From contig NC_081384.1 in assembly GCF_030684315.1 (NCBI RefSeq), positions 37,064,310 to 37,128,309 of the forward strand: a stretch of 64,000 nt of DNA. Direction: 5' to 3'. The translations under genes were made by a program, and so were the position numbers. Below, in pieces: positions 1 to 13,660 of this stretch; position 1 is the first letter of the stretch, and each line of letters starts with the position of its first letter. Origin of the DNA: Stegostoma tigrinum. Taxonomy: Eukaryota. The notes under the pieces are model-generated. The model saw nothing but the letters and a program-made list of their open reading frames with translations. It was not told where the DNA came from and did no database searches.

Positions 1-1800
1 ACGCAGTACGATATTAGAGCTGTCAGTATGGGATCAGAGCTGCCAGCACGCGGTACGGGATCAGACCTGCCAGCAAACAGTATGGCATCAGAGCTGTCAG
101 CACGCATTACAGGATCAGAGCTGTCAGTACGCAGTACGATATTAGAGCTGTCAGTACACAATACGGGATTAGAGTTGTCAGTACGCAGTACGATATTAGA
201 GCTGTCAGTACGCGGTTTGATATTAGAGCTGTCAGTATGCCGTACGGAATTAGAACTGTCAGTACGCGGTACGATGTCAGAGCTGTCAGTACGCGGTACG
301 ATGTCAGAGCTGCCAGTACGCAGTGTGGGATCAGAGCTGCCAGTAGACGGTACGGGATCAGTGCTGTCAGTACGCGGTACGATGTCAGAGCTGCCAGTAC
401 GCAGTACGGGATTCAGAGCTGTCAGTAGACGGTACGGGATCAGTGCTGTCAGTGGACAGTACGATATTAGAGCTGTCAGTACGCGGTATGAGATCAGAGC
501 TGTCAGTATGTGGTACGAGATCAGAGCTGCCAGTATGCGGTACGATATTAGAGCTGTCAGTACACGGTACGGGATCAGAGCTGCCAGTACGCGGTACGGA
601 ATCAGAGCTGCCAGTACGCGGCACAAGATCAGAGCTGTCAGTACGCGGCACAAGATCAGAGCTGCCAGTACGCGGCACAAGATCAGAGCTGTCAGTACGT
701 GGTACGAGGTCAGAGCTGTCAGTACGCGGCACAAGATCAGAGCTGTCAGTACGCGGCACAAGATCAGAGCTGTCAGTACGTGGTACGAGGTCAGAGCTGT
801 CAGTACGCGGCACAAGATCAGAGCTGTCAGTACGTGGTACGAGGTCAGAGCTGTCAGTACGCGGTACGAGGTCAGAGCCGTCAGTACACAGTACGATATT
901 AGAGCTGTCAGTACTCAGTACGATATTAGAGCTGTCAGTAGACAGTAAGGGATTAGACCTGTCAGTACGCAGTATGATGTCAGAGCTGTCAGTACGCGGT
1001 ATGAGGTCAGAGCTGCCAGTATGGGATTAGAGCTGTCAGTACGGAGTACGAGATTAGAGCTGTCAGTACGCGGTACGAGATTAGAGCTGACAGTACGCGG
1101 TACGGGATCAGAGATACCAGTACGCGGTACGCGATCAGAGCTGCCAGTACGCGGTACGCGATCAGAGCTGCCAGTAGACAGTACGGGATTAGAGTTGTCA
1201 GTATGCAGTACGAGGTTAGAGCTGTCAGTACGCAGCACGAGATTAGAGCTGTCAGTACGTGGTACGGGATCAAAGCTGCCATTACGCAGTACGGGATCAG
1301 AGCTGCCAGTACGCGGTACGGGATCAGAGCTGCCAGTACGCAGTATGGGATCAGAGCTGCCATTACGCGGTATGGGATTCAGAGCTGTCAGTAGACGGTA
1401 CGGGATCAGTGCTGTCAGTGGACAGTATGATATTAGAGCTGTCAGTACGCGGTACGATATCAGAGCTGTCAGTACGCGGTACAAGATCAGAGCTGTCAGT
1501 ACGCGGTACGAGGTCAGAGCTGTCAGTACGCGGTACGAGGTCAGAGCTGTCAGTACGCAGTACCGGATCAGAGCTGTCAGTACGCGGTACGAGGTCAGAG
1601 CTGTCAGTACGCGGTACGAGGTCAGAGCTGCCAGTACGCGGTACGATATTAGAGCTGTCAGTACGCGGTACGAGATCAGAGCTGCCAGTACACGGTACGA
1701 TATTAGAGCTGTCAGTACGCGGTACGAGATCAGAGCTGTCAGTACAGAGTATGGGATTACAGCTGTCAGCACACAATATGGGATTAGACCTGACAGGATT
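1..1800. repeat. 27-bp minisatellite tandem array (consensus ~AGAGCTGTCAGTACGCGGTACGAGATC), roughly 65 units, truncated by the window start
   Basis: The unit is read directly in the sequence. It gives 9-aa periodic ORFs in several frames (ELSVRGTRS, RAVSTRYEI, TDSSDLVPR) and degenerates at about 1740-1800. Confidence 0.97.
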
Positions 1801-3379
1801 ATTTTCAATGTGAACCTGATCTGATCAATAACTGTAGAGGCAGTTTAATATTTCTCCTGCTTGTGATGGTGATGAAGAGACTGAATGAAAACCTGCTGTT
1901 AATGCCTATTGCGTCTCTCGATTATTTTGTTTTCAAAAGTGTTTTCTACCACATCCTGTTAATCTGATTTGCTTCCATTTGGTTAGATTGTTCCTCTTTT
2001 GTTGCCCTCTCATTAATGCTGACCCAGTGTCACTCGGTTGGAGTCTGACTGGAGGGTAGGAAATTGTGTGATCGGCTCAGGTGGAACAACATTAGCCCAG
2101 AAAGCGACACTGCAAATATCAATTAGTACTGACACAAATGGGACCATAGCATCAAACAAGGAGCAGGTACATGATTAAACGATTGCTTCTTCTGTTTTGG
2201 TGGTCAACTACTGCATTTACAGAAACAGCATCTTGCTGTCTCCCTCACTATTCTCATTCACATTGCATTGGATATATCACCTGAACCAACCACATATGTT
2301 TAGAGATCGTATATAAGCAGAAGTCCTCCTTTAATTTCACAACTATTGTTTATTATGGCCAATCTCGCTGACATATTTACAAATGTGTAGCTTCATTCCT
2401 TCAAGATGTGAATTTTTCAGAGTCTAGCAATGTCAACTTTCAAATGTCAATGTTTTTGTCTTTCTCTACTGTTTCTGTTTTCATCTAATCTTCCTACCTG
2501 CTATTTCTTTATGTTCCTGTTCTTGGCTTGTCATTAAATTCACACTCCAATTTACCCTCCTTATCTGCTGGTTACTTGCTAATCCTTAAATCCAATCAGT
2601 TCTGGACATATATCCAGTTAATTGTCCTGTTCTCCTCAGTCAATTGTTTGCTCACAGTTTGAGCAACATTATGGACAGAATTAGTTTGAACTGAAGTGTT
2701 CAGCGGCAAATCAAAGCAGTGGCATCTGGGTTTAAATGTTCTGTTATAGCAGAGTCTGCTTTGTTCCTCCAGATAACATCTCCTGTACTAGTTAGTATTT
2801 TACTGAGACTTATGCTTTGTCACATTTTTGTGATTAAACTTGTCCGAAGTGCTAATGAGCAGTTTTTTTCAGCATGGCCCGGGACAGAAACATGAACTGT
2901 TTCCTTTCCCTTGGTGACATTTATATTGGATGTTCCTATGCTGAGAACATTGTGGTGCCTTTGCAAAAACAGCCTGTCAATCAAAACCTCAAACCGCAGC
3001 TACATTCCACACATTTAATTAAAGCTATTTCATTTTAAAAGGAACATGTTTTGAGGTGTTCTGCTAAATGTACAGCTGCATAAGACATCAATCAAAGATT
3101 GGGGAGAAATTGCATTCAGAGCTGTTATAGTTTGCAAAATTGACACACCCTTGTCAATTTGTTCTCCCAGCTGCACTATGCTAATTTTCATTCATTATAA
3201 CCCATTCATTGTAAGTATTGATTGGGATGGACAGACCTGTTTACTAAAATCTAGTCAAGCTGCTTCTGCTGCTTTCACATTTATCCAAACAACTGGCCTG
3301 AACTTCCTCTAAGGTTTGTCTGTGTCCCAGCCCCTGAGCTCACATCTTTCTCTTACTTCTCCCAAATCTCACCTCATGC

Positions 3380-3780
3380 CCTCTCTGAACTTCTCTGAAT
3401 CCCACTCGTGCTCTCCTGATCATATTCCTACCAAACAGTTAACTGTGTTACTCCTCTCTCTGGTTCCTACATTTTCTGACAATGGTAACAATGACCTGTT
3501 CTCAGTATCATTGCCTCCTTATAAAATCTGCTATTATCATTGGAAACAAACCTTGACACATCCCATCCTCGCAAACTGCTACTCTTTCTCTCGATTCCCT
3601 TTCTCCTCCCAAGTCCCTAACTATGTCGCCATTTCCCAAATCCCTGTCCATTTGTCCTGCAAATCCGAGTTATATTTCTGGATTTTCCCAACGATCTATC
3701 TGTGGTCCTCTCTTATTCCTCATCTTTATGCTCCACTCTCAAACCTTCCACTGCCTCTGATGTTGCCTACCTGACATTCA
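3380..3780 (+). mobile_element. Degenerate L2-clade LINE ORF2 fragment
   Basis: PDHIPTKQL and HPILANCYSFSRFPFSSQVPNYVAISQI resemble L2-type DPIPTKLL and NYRPISNLPFLSKVLE..VASQL. Confidence 0.55.
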
Positions 3781-4764
3781 GTACTGAGCGAACTGAAATG
3801 TCTTCTGCTGGAAGAAGCGAAGGCCAATGGTACTTGACAAATGCGCTATTCCTTAGCCACTGAATCCATCCTTCTTGCAGGATGTGGCTGGAAGGAGATC
3901 ATTCACAGTTTTAGAACTTTATGTGACCATAAGTTGAGCTTTCAGATCCACATCTCTTCTACCACTTTAACACCAACTGCCACATCATAACAGCCCTGTT
4001 CTGTCCCTGCCTCAGATAATTTAAACCTTTCATGTCTGTTTTCAAGTCTGTCTTTAGTTCCTTGTTCCCTGTCTCTTCAACACTAGTACAAACTCCTGTG
4101 ATCTCTGTACTTTAGCATTACCCCGACTTTCATACACACACCATCAGCATCCATGCCTACAATTAGTTATTGAGGCCCTAAGCTACAGAATACTCTCCCA
4201 AAATCATTTATAGTCTTAACTGCTAGTTGGTGTAGGAATTAAAGCAGAGCTAGTCTTTAATTGGAATAGATTTATTCACAGAGTGAAACATTACTGGTCA
4301 ATAGCTCTTCACTTCACTCTACACCTGTATCTATAAGTGTTTGTTCACATAGGCATCAGCCAATATCCTGTACTTTTACTGTGATGAAAAGAATATGATT
4401 TATATAGATATGAGTATAGGAATATCATTATTAGCATTTGGATTTAAAACTGGTTTTTGGTTAATTTTGTGAAGAGTTTTAAAAAACAAGTTTAGTTTCT
4501 TTCCAGAGTTGTGCTATAATTAGGTTCGTGTCAGAGTCAAAGTGACTGAAAACCTCCCTGAGTATGAATGGAATATTGCTTGTTTATACTGTGAGGTTTA
4601 TGACAGGAGGTAAACATTGAAAATCATTAGCCTGCTTTTGGTTTAGAACAAGAAATTATTCATTTTAGCTTAGAGAAAAAAAAATCAAAGAGACTGAAAG
4701 CTTTTAGGGCCATCAGTGGTCAAGAGCATTTAGCTAACATGTCCTCCAAGGCAGCCTCTGAGAC

Positions 4765-5375
4765 TCACAACAACACAGAATCGCTGAGCAGAGACTGATA
4801 GCCAAGCTCCATATCCGTGAATAGGGCCTCAGCCATGATCTTGGGTTCATGCTGTGCTACATGTGACCCGACCACACTTCTGTATCTGTAAAATCTTCCT
4901 CTCTGTCCTGTTTTGACACCATCACCTTGCTAAATTGTTATGATCTCTCTACCTTAATTAGTTTGTAATTATTATTACTTTGGTTAGACCCTTAGCATGC
5001 GATTCTTATACCTACCATGTTATTCCAGCCATTTGGCTTGTCCCCAATATCACCTTATTTTCTAATTTTTTGTAATTGTCTCTCTGCCTCATTTAATTAG
5101 ATTATACGTCATTCCCTTCACTTGCTATACAGCTGTAGACACTTTATTCATACCCTCCGAGGCCTTTGATTACTTGCAGAGACTCAGAGTATCATATTAT
5201 TTGACACTCTACTCACACTATTTGCATAGTGTTTTGATCTCTCTGCCTATAAATTCTGTGTGTGTGTGCTTCTCTCTCACTTCACCTGACTACACTTACT
5301 GGGCTATGCTCCAAAAGATTGTGATTTCAAATAAACTTTTTGCACTATAACCTGATGTTATCTGATCTCGGACCT
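4765..5375 (+). mobile_element. Penelope-like element 3' remnant (GIY-YIG C-terminus + pLTR)
   Basis: Translates QQHRIAEQRLIAKLH..GLSHDLGFM, similar to PLE endonuclease C-termini. The tail CACCTGAC..GCTCCAAAAGATTGTGATTTCAAATAAAC looks like a decayed pLTR. Confidence 0.55.
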
Positions 5376-6189
5376 TTAGGGCCACTGTGAAGGCCAGCTA
5401 TGTGGAAGCAATTATAGTTTCATTCCTATAAATACAAGACAATTTAGCAAAGCTCAATTATCTGGATGTAAAAGTTTAACTTTTGAAACTGTCATACTAG
5501 AATTGTTTGGTTAGAGATCAGCAGATTATTAAATGATTAGGAAGGTCTGAGCTTTTATTTTAGTGAGTACTCATCGAATAAAACTTCATATCTCATAGGA
5601 ATTTTAAAGAAGTCAAAAGAAAGAGAGAAATTAGAGTACAGGAGTCAGCCAGAGAAAAGCTTACAGTAAAAGGAAGGAATAAGATGTAATAGTTTGGAGG
5701 ATGATTCCATTCCAAGGAGGGATTTGCTTCAAGTAAAAATCTGTTTAGGGCCAAATTTACTTGGGATGGAGTTGAAAGATACTTCTTCATTTGAAAAGGT
5801 GCCTGGATAGATCAAATGGCCGAAAGATGTTTGAATGTTAATATTACAAAGTAATTTCAGAGTAATTCTCTAGATTTTAAACACTGTGAAGTTTGGTATT
5901 GGAAATAAATGAAGCTTTATTTCACTGCGTTTTAAGATATTTCAAACTGAGTTCTCCATTTAGGTAGTTTTTTTTGTTTTATTTTACATTTTCTTTCCTA
6001 TTCTGTAATAACGTTTATTTTATCTTCAGTGCAGAAGTCTACAGTCTTTTGTGCCTGTACGTAAATGAATGGCTATCATGATAGATAAGGAAAAAAGATA
6101 TATGATCTATCAAGTCAGATCGAGTTCTGGGAACTGGTTTGTGCACAAGTGATATCGATTGTATCGACTTCACCAATTGGTACAATTAA

Positions 6190-6490
6190 AGATCTCATCC
6201 TGATCTTGGCCACACTCTGATACTGGCCCTCATCCTCACCCGTGAGATTGGCCCCAACTCCTTTACCCTCGGAGAGGCACTGACCTCTAACCCTTCACCT
6301 TCAGGACTGACACAATCCCCACACCCCTCGCTCACATGACAGACACTGAACCCTTACTCCTCATGCCTAACAACCGACCCCAATCCCAATCCCCAGGACT
6401 GACTGATGCGTAACAATTCCCCCAGGTCAGACACTGACTCCCAAACTCTTCTTCCTCAGGATTGCCACTGACCCCTAACCTCTCATCCAA
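6190..6490. repeat. Highly degenerate C-rich tandem repeat (~33-bp period)
   Basis: Recurring ACTGAC(C)CC..AACC...CTCAGGA-like motifs. Confidence 0.4.
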
Positions 6491-6989
6491 AGGAGTTGTT
6501 GAGCAGCTCTTAAAAACTTCAGGCAATCTCTTTTGGGTTGCTAAGGCAACACATTGAGCATTCTCTTCTTTCCATTCTTGCTCACCCCTTACACCAGCAC
6601 CCTCCTCATCTTCTTGAAGCACCATTAACTTCATTATCCTCCCTTAATGCTGGAGAGCAGTGTATCTAATATTCTATCCTGTCCTCTGGATTCACAACTT
6701 CCCCCACACTAAATAATTCCATATGCAAAGTTCCCTTCCCCCACATGGACCCCTCAACACTTCCTATAGCTACCTGGGCTCAATCCCTCTGAATCTACAC
6801 TCCAACATTGTTCATTGCAGATTTTGGGAATGTGAAAGAAATGCATCTACACGACATGGACCACAGCAGCTCACTGCCACCTTCTCCATGACAATGACAG
6901 GTGAGCATGTGTGCTGACCTAGCCACTGATCCCCACATCCTGTGAATATACAAAACATTTACCCCCTCGACCCCTACCCCACCCCAGCA

Positions 6990-8125
6990 GCTCGGAATTC
7001 AGCAACTTTTTTGTGAAGTTTGGATCAAGGCTCTTACGAGACCGGGAGTTCAGTGTTGCTGGCAGAACTCAAACTGAGTATCTATGCGTGGGTTACTGTG
7101 GAATACATATTGTTTGATGATGCTAATGGTAACAAATTCCATTACTTTACTGATGAACAAGAGGAGAACGATGGGGCGATAATTAGAAGTCCTGATTTTT
7201 GTATAGGACATACCTGGGTGATTTCCCACATTGTCAGATAGATGCCAGTGTCATAACTGTACTGGAACAGCTTGGCGAGGGGAGTGGCAAGTTCTGGAGC
7301 ACAAGTCTTCAGTACTATTGCCAGAATGCTGTCAGGACCCACAGCCATGGCAGTATCCAGAACCTGCAACGTGCAATGAATTGAATTGGCTGAAGAGTGG
7401 CATCTCTCTGCTGAGGATGTCCAGAGGAAGCCAAGATGGATCATCCACTTGGCACAACTGAAGGTCAGTATGAATGTTTTCAGCCTTATCTTTTGCACTG
7501 CTGTCCATCATTGAGAATGGGGATATTTGTGGACTCTCTTCTTCTAACAAGTTGTTTAATTGTCTATCGCCATTCATGACTGGATGTGGCAGGACGGCAG
7601 AGCTTAGATCTGATCTGTTGATTGTGGGATCGCTTAGCTCTGTCTATCACTTGCTGCTTATGTTGTTTGGTGTGCAAGTAATCCTGCTTGGTGGCTTCAC
7701 CAGGGTGACACATACTTATTCGCTATTGCTGTTGCTGTTCCTGGCATGACCTCCTGCAGTGTCCATTGGATTAGCATTGATCCTCTGGCTTGATGGTAAT
7801 GGTAGACTGAGAGTCATGAGGTGACAGATTATTGATTGAAGACAATGCTATTGATCCACAGAGTTTCATATTTACCCAGAGCTGCTGGATCCGTTCAAAA
7901 CCTATCTCCCTCAGCATGATGGTAATACCATACAATAAGATGGAGGACATCTTCAAAGTGAAGATGGGGCTTTGTCTTTATAAGGACTGTACAGTGATCA
8001 CTCTTACCAATACTGTCATGGAGATCTGCGACAGGCGGATTGGTGAGGATGAGGGCAAGTTGATTTGTTCATCTTGGTGGGTCCTCACCACCTGCTGCAG
8101 ACCCAGTCTAGCAGTTATATCGATT
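6990..8125 (-). mobile_element. Degenerate CR1-superclade (Crack/Daphne-like) LINE ORF2 fragment
   Basis: Minus-strand ORF 7142-7498 contains GPDSILAIVLKTCAPELATPLAKLFQYSYDTGIYLTMWEITQVCPIQK, the start of a non-LTR RT domain. Confidence 0.75.
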
Positions 8126-8127
8126 AG

Positions 8128-8320
8128 AGACAAAAACAAACTGCTGATGCTGGAATCCAAGGTAGACAACAAGAGGCTAGAAGAACACAGCAAGCCAGGG
8201 AGCATCTGGAGGAAATGTTTGGCAGTCAATGTTTTGGGTATTATCCTTCTTCAGGACTGGATGTAGGGGCAGGGGGAGGTGTAGATAAAGAGGCGGGTGT
8301 GGTAGCAGAATGGTGATGGC
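8128..8320 (-). mobile_element. PLE pLTR-derived fragment (family D-like)
   Basis: GATGCTGGAATCCAAGGTAGACAA..GAACACAGCAAGCCAGG..AGCATC parallels the other pLTR arms. A decayed CTGAAGA..AAAACATT core lies on the minus strand. Confidence 0.5.
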
Positions 8321-8769
8321 AGCGCTCTGATCAAGCAACTGTGGAAATCTAGTTCAGTGCATATTCTGGAGTTTAACTCCTATGTCTTTCCAACATGGCT
8401 AACTGGTGAGCTTCTCATCTCCCTCCATGTAAGATTATGAATTAAACAGGCACTGTCTCAGTTGGCTGATTTTGATGTTTTTAGATAAAACTGTAATTTC
8501 AGTGCAGGTGGCTTTGTTTATCCCACATGGGTCTCACAAAGCCTGGCTCAATCTGTGGTCAGGTGACTACAGCAGCCATGTTAAGTCCAGGTTCTTTCAA
8601 TTATACAAAAAACTACATGAAAGGTCTCAGGTGTAAATATCAGAAGATAGAAGGTAAACTCAGTGGATTATATTTACACCCAATATCATGGTCAAGAAAG
8701 CGATCATCCATTGCATTGTTTTTGCTGCTCTGGTTTTTATTTAATAAGATTATGATTGAGAACAACAGT

Positions 8770-9660
8770 AGGTTGTTCAGGCTCGTGAGCCTCCTCAGAC
8801 ATTCAATAGGATCATGGCTGCTCCGACATTTCTCATGTGCACTTTCCTGCCCTTTCCCCATAACCCTTGATTCCCTGGTTGATCAGGAGTGTATCTCAGC
8901 GGAGCCGAAGTGTTTGGTTGCAGATGTTTCGTCACCCTGCTCGGTAACATTGTCAGTGTGACTCCAGTGACTGGAGACGCACTGATCATGTTACCTAGCA
9001 GGGTTATGAAACACCTGCAATTAAACGCACCGGCTTGGTGAGCCAAACTGCAACTTCATCCACAGCCCTAGCTACAAATCTCCTCAAAAACTCTAAGTCT
9101 ATCTCAGCCCTAAACATACATAAGAATTTTGCCCCCACAATTTTCTGTGGCAGGGAGTTCCAAAGACACTCAACCCTCTGAGAGAAGGCATTCCTCCTTA
9201 TCTCAGTCTTAATTTAGTGCCTATTCATTCAGGCCATGCCACTGATCTTAGACTCTCCTATGAGGGGAAACATCCTCCCAACATTCACCCTATCAAGGCC
9301 CAAGGAAATCCTATATATTTGAATGAGATTACTTCTCATTCTTCTAAACTCCAATGAGTAGAGTCCCAATCTGTTTAGCCTTTGCTCATAAGACCATACC
9401 AGGGGTCATTTTAGTGAACTTTCTCTGAGCTGCCTCCATTGAAATGATATATTTTCTTAAATAAGGAGACCAAAACTGCTCACTGTACCCAGATGTGGTC
9501 TAGCCAGCACCTTGTACAGTTACAGGAAGACTTTCTTACTGTTATACTCCAACCCCCTTTAAATAAGGGCCAACATCCCATTAGCCTTACTGATTACCTA
9601 CTGCTCTTGTGTGCTAACTTTCTGTGTTTTTTGTTCAAGTACCCCAAGTTCCTTTGCATT
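8770..9660 (-). mobile_element. CR1/HER1-like LINE 3' fragment, interrupted by a PLE insertion at 8901-9095
   Basis: Reverse-complement CR1 3' motifs (CATTCAATAGGATCATGGCTG; GGCAGGGAGTTCCAAAGA..ACCCTCTGAGAGAAG; TAAGGAGACCAAAACTG). Confidence 0.8.
8901..9095. mobile_element. Short fold-back PLE (family A-like) pLTR insertion with 13-bp TSD
   Basis: Inverted pair TGCAGATGTTTCGTCACC..GGTAACA..CAGTG / CACTGATCATGTTACC..GGTTATGAAACACCTGCA. Flanked by AGT(G/C)TATCTCAGC at 8888-8900 and 9096-9108. Confidence 0.75.
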
Positions 9661-10324
9661 ATTGGTTTCTTCAAAACAGCATTGGATTTTAAAATCATCT
9701 TTATCTATTTTCCTTTCCTTTTAAAAACTAAGTTGTGGTGTATTTAATCCCATTTATCATAAATCCCATTTATGAAATTCAATTTACAAATGACCTGCAG
9801 CAAATTCTTCAAGATTAAATCAAAGCAGCATTCATCCCTGCATTCCAAACCTGGGGAAGTGGTTTGCACTGCACAGTCCCACACACACACGTCCAAGAAA
9901 GTACAGAAAAAAGCACAGACGCCACCAATTACTTGAATTCCAATATAACTGAGTTAGAAAGTCCATAGAAGTTAATGTCAGGAGGTGAATTTTTTGTTAA
10001 GTTCCAGAGCTGCTGGGAATTAGTTTACTTTGTGGGCAAAATATCGGCTTGGTTGCAGAAATCAGATTTTTGAGGGGTATTGAGATCAGGGGCTGGTGTT
10101 GGCTTGGCTCGGAGGTGTTTAATCTTCTATCATTATAAGCAGACTGAAGAAAGAAGTCAAACATTACCAAAGGTGATTCAAACACAGACCAGCAGTTTCA
10201 GTCATATGACTAGGGCTTCCAACTTAGCCAGTCAGATAACAAGATGGGGTTTTATTTCTTGACCAAAGCTTACTGTGTCTTCTTTTAATTAAATAACTGT
10301 GGAGTATACAGCCATCAAGTCAAG

Positions 10325-10397
10325 ACCCGAAACGTCAGCCTTCCTGTTCCTCTGATGCTGCCTGGCCTGCTGTGTTCATCCAGCTCCACACCTTGTT
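10325..10397 (+). mobile_element. 73-nt PLE family B pLTR stub with 11-bp TSD
   Basis: CCCGAAACGTCAGCCTTCCTG..CACCTTGTT flanked by ATCAAGTCAAG at 10314-10324 and 10398-10408. Confidence 0.85.
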
Positions 10398-12229
10398 ATC
10401 AAGTCAAGCAGTAATAGTTTCCCTAGTGTCTTACATTTAGGGAGGGTGAAGTTGATTTCTTGCCCAGTATTCCTGTGTGTTGCCTTGGCTGGGGGTGGGG
10501 AGGTTGGAGGGGTGGGATGCAAACTTCTGTCCCCTGGTTACTGCTGATCAGAATGTTCTGGAAATTGTGGCTCACTGGCATCATGTGATCAATGGTAGCC
10601 ATGCTGTCAGTCCAACAAAGTGTCCATTTTTAAAGGAAAGGAATTTGAAGAAGATACAGTTGAAATTATAGTTTTAGAAAACGATCTATCTTTCATCCTA
10701 CCCTCTGGGTGTTACATTATTGCGACTAGTTGATCACTTTTTCTCTCCTCACATTTTGCTACTGTCAATGAATTTAGATGTCATTGATTACACCTCCAAA
10801 TGATTAAAATAAACTGAACCAAGCCACTTCCATCTAACACTTCATCGTTCACATCTTTGCCTGTTACAAACACTCTTTTTGTGAAGAGCAATTCTTGTTC
10901 TCACTTTATCAGATATTTCTGCATTTCAAAGGATCTTCAGCATTCAATACATAGATTCACGGGGATGAAATTTCTCAAAGGCTTTGCTGAAGACTCAGGA
11001 CCTGACATGCAGATGTCTAACATGAGGCTTTATGTCCTTCTGGTGGTTCGTTAGAATTGACCACAGCTCATGCAAAGCTGGGCAAAACACTCAAGTTGCA
11101 AACAAACATTTTGGTGAAATTTACCGGTCGCTTCTGATTCGGATAATCTGGTGGTGGCAGAGATGGGTTGGGGTTGGAGGTGGTCTTGGGGTTTTAGACA
11201 TTGGCCAATTAATTGAGCAAGAAGAAAGCAGTTTCTTAGATTTTGCATATTTGTTTGCTCAAAGGCATCTTTTTAACACAATAATACCTCACTCAGACTC
11301 ACTTTATTGAGTCCTTGATCTGAACTTCATCTCAAAAGAGATTTCCTTCAAGAAAATAATCTATTATATTTTATAGTCTTTTATGCTCCAGGGACAAAAG
11401 GATGCCAAAACTCATCCATAAAATCCTTCAATCATATTTTATACTAATGTAAATTCACTCCCAAAATTGTCCTTTCTTTTACACTGATCTCATTAATCCT
11501 CTATTATACATTATTATCGATACTTAAAACAGCAAATTGCCCTTGGCAATTCAAACAATCATGTTTGCGAAGATCATTATTCTTGACGGATGTTTTATAT
11601 TCTAATCTGTTTCCCTCCAAGAATGGTGAGGTTTTATACACAGAAAAGACAATAGTGAGAACTGTAAGATATTAATTTTAGTCGCTAATATAATAAAATT
11701 GAATGTAGCCAGTCACACATGTGGAGAGTTTCAAATGTGGTACACAAACTTCACTCATCCACCCATTATGTTTTTGTTTACTGAACTACAGTTGTTCTGA
11801 TCCATCAATAACTTTCCAATTTCCAATGCCTGCGAAATTTGTTACTGCAATCAAAAAGCAGTTCTTAGAATAAAATAGACAACTTGCAATTTTCTGAGTT
11901 GAATTTAATTTGTATGCACTATGCAAATCAAGAAATTTGATGCTTGACAATGAATGTTAGCGCAGAGGTAATCAGTGCAATGCTGTTTTTGCAAAGTTAA
12001 CAACAGAGTTCTACACCTTAAATGGCAACATTCGGATTTATGTATTTAACTACGCAATGCCCTTGCCCATAGCTACACTGCTAGTTTGAACTGGATAACA
12101 TTAAAAATCATTGGCCTGCAGTTATTTTGATGGGAAAATCTGCGTAAAGTATCACAAGCAAATACATAAGCTTCTTACTTAAACTTGTGGTTGCATTCTG
12201 CAAATCACAACATCAAATGAAACAAACCT

Positions 12230-13660
12230 AGACATAGCAGCAGAAATAGCCCATCAAATCTGCTCTGCAATTCAGTAACATCACGGGTGACCTGATAATC
12301 TTCTACTCTAAGTTCCTACCTTTCCCCCATAAGCCTTGATTTCTTTACTGATTAAAAATTTGTCTACCTCAGCCTTGAACATATATAATGATAGCCTCAA
12401 CAGGTCTCTAAGGTAAAGAGTTTCACAGATTCACGACCCTCTAAGAGAAGAAATTCCTCCTCATTGCTGTCACAGATTTACACCCCCTTAATCTGGACCT
12501 AGACTTTCCTACAAGGGGAAATAACCTTTCCTATCTTCCACATCAAGTCCTCGAAGAATCTTGTATATTTCAATAAAGTAGTCTCTTATTCTTCCATTAT
12601 CTAATGAGCACAGGCTTAATCCACTCAAACTGTCCTAGTAGGAGAGTCCCCTTCTGCCTAGTATCAGTCTCATTCTTTAGAATTCTTCTTTAGAATGCCT
12701 CCAATGCCAGCATATCTTTCTCCTTTATCTATCCTGCTTGTTACCTCCTCAAAGGATTCTAATAATTTTGTCAGTCGTGATGTCTGCTTCATGAAACCAT
12801 CTGACTCAGCTTGATCAGACTGTATTTCTAAATACTCTAACACATCCTTTATAAAAGACTCTAACTTTTTTCCCCACATTTGGACTTTGCATGATCAGGA
12901 AGGAAGGGTTACATCTGGAGAGAGTCAGTATATGTCTTGGGGATTTTGCAGCAGTGTGGAAATTGAGTGGAGTGGTGAAAAGGTTATTTTTGCTATTTTT
13001 TTTAATAGAGGTGTACAGTATTAGAGTCATACAGCACAGAAACAGACCCGTGAAGCCAACTCGCTCATGCCAACCAGACATCCTAATGTGACCTCATCCC
13101 ATTCGCCAGCATTTGGCCCATATCCCTTTAAAACCTTCCTACTCATACACCCATCCAGATGCCTTTTAAATGTTGTAATTGTATCAGCCTCCTCCGCTTC
13201 CTCTAGCAGCTCATTCTATACATGCATCAAATCCTTAGGTCCCTTTTAAATCTTTACCCTCTCATCTTAAACCTATGTTCTCTAGTTTTTGACTCCTCCA
13301 CCCTTGGAAAAAAATCCTGGTTATTCACCCTATCCATGCTTCTCAAGACTTTATAAACCTCTATGAAGGTCACCCCTCCGCCTCCGACACTCCAGCAAAG
13401 ATAGTCCAAGCCTATTCAACTTCTCCCTATAGCTCAAGCCCTCCAATCCTGGCAACATCCTTGTAAATCTTTTCTGCACTCTTTCAAGTTTAACAACATC
13501 CTTTTATAGAAGGGAGTCCAGAATTGTGCGCAGTATACTTGAAGTTGCCTCACCAATGTCTTATATAGAAATGACATGAAATACCAACTCCTATACTCAA
13601 TGTAGGCAAGCATCCAAATGCCTTCCTCATCGCCCTGTCTACCTGCAACTCCACTTTTGG
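12230..13660 (-). mobile_element. Cluster of CR1/HER1-like LINE fragments
   Basis: Minus ORF KKLESFIKDV..GFMKQTSRLTKLLESFEEVTSRIDKGE (CR1 RT). CR1 3' UTR motifs at 12230-12660 and 13020-13660. Confidence 0.85.

Noticed and set aside
1-1824. Long ORFs (up to 306 aa) and a CRISPR-like periodic look
   Set aside because: The ORFs arise because the 27-bp unit is a multiple of 3 and stop-poor in several frames on both strands. There are no unique spacers, no cas genes, and the context is eukaryotic.
2030-2170. Possible plus-strand exon ending GAGCAG|GTAC
   Set aside because: Weak acceptor and no recognisable protein similarity.
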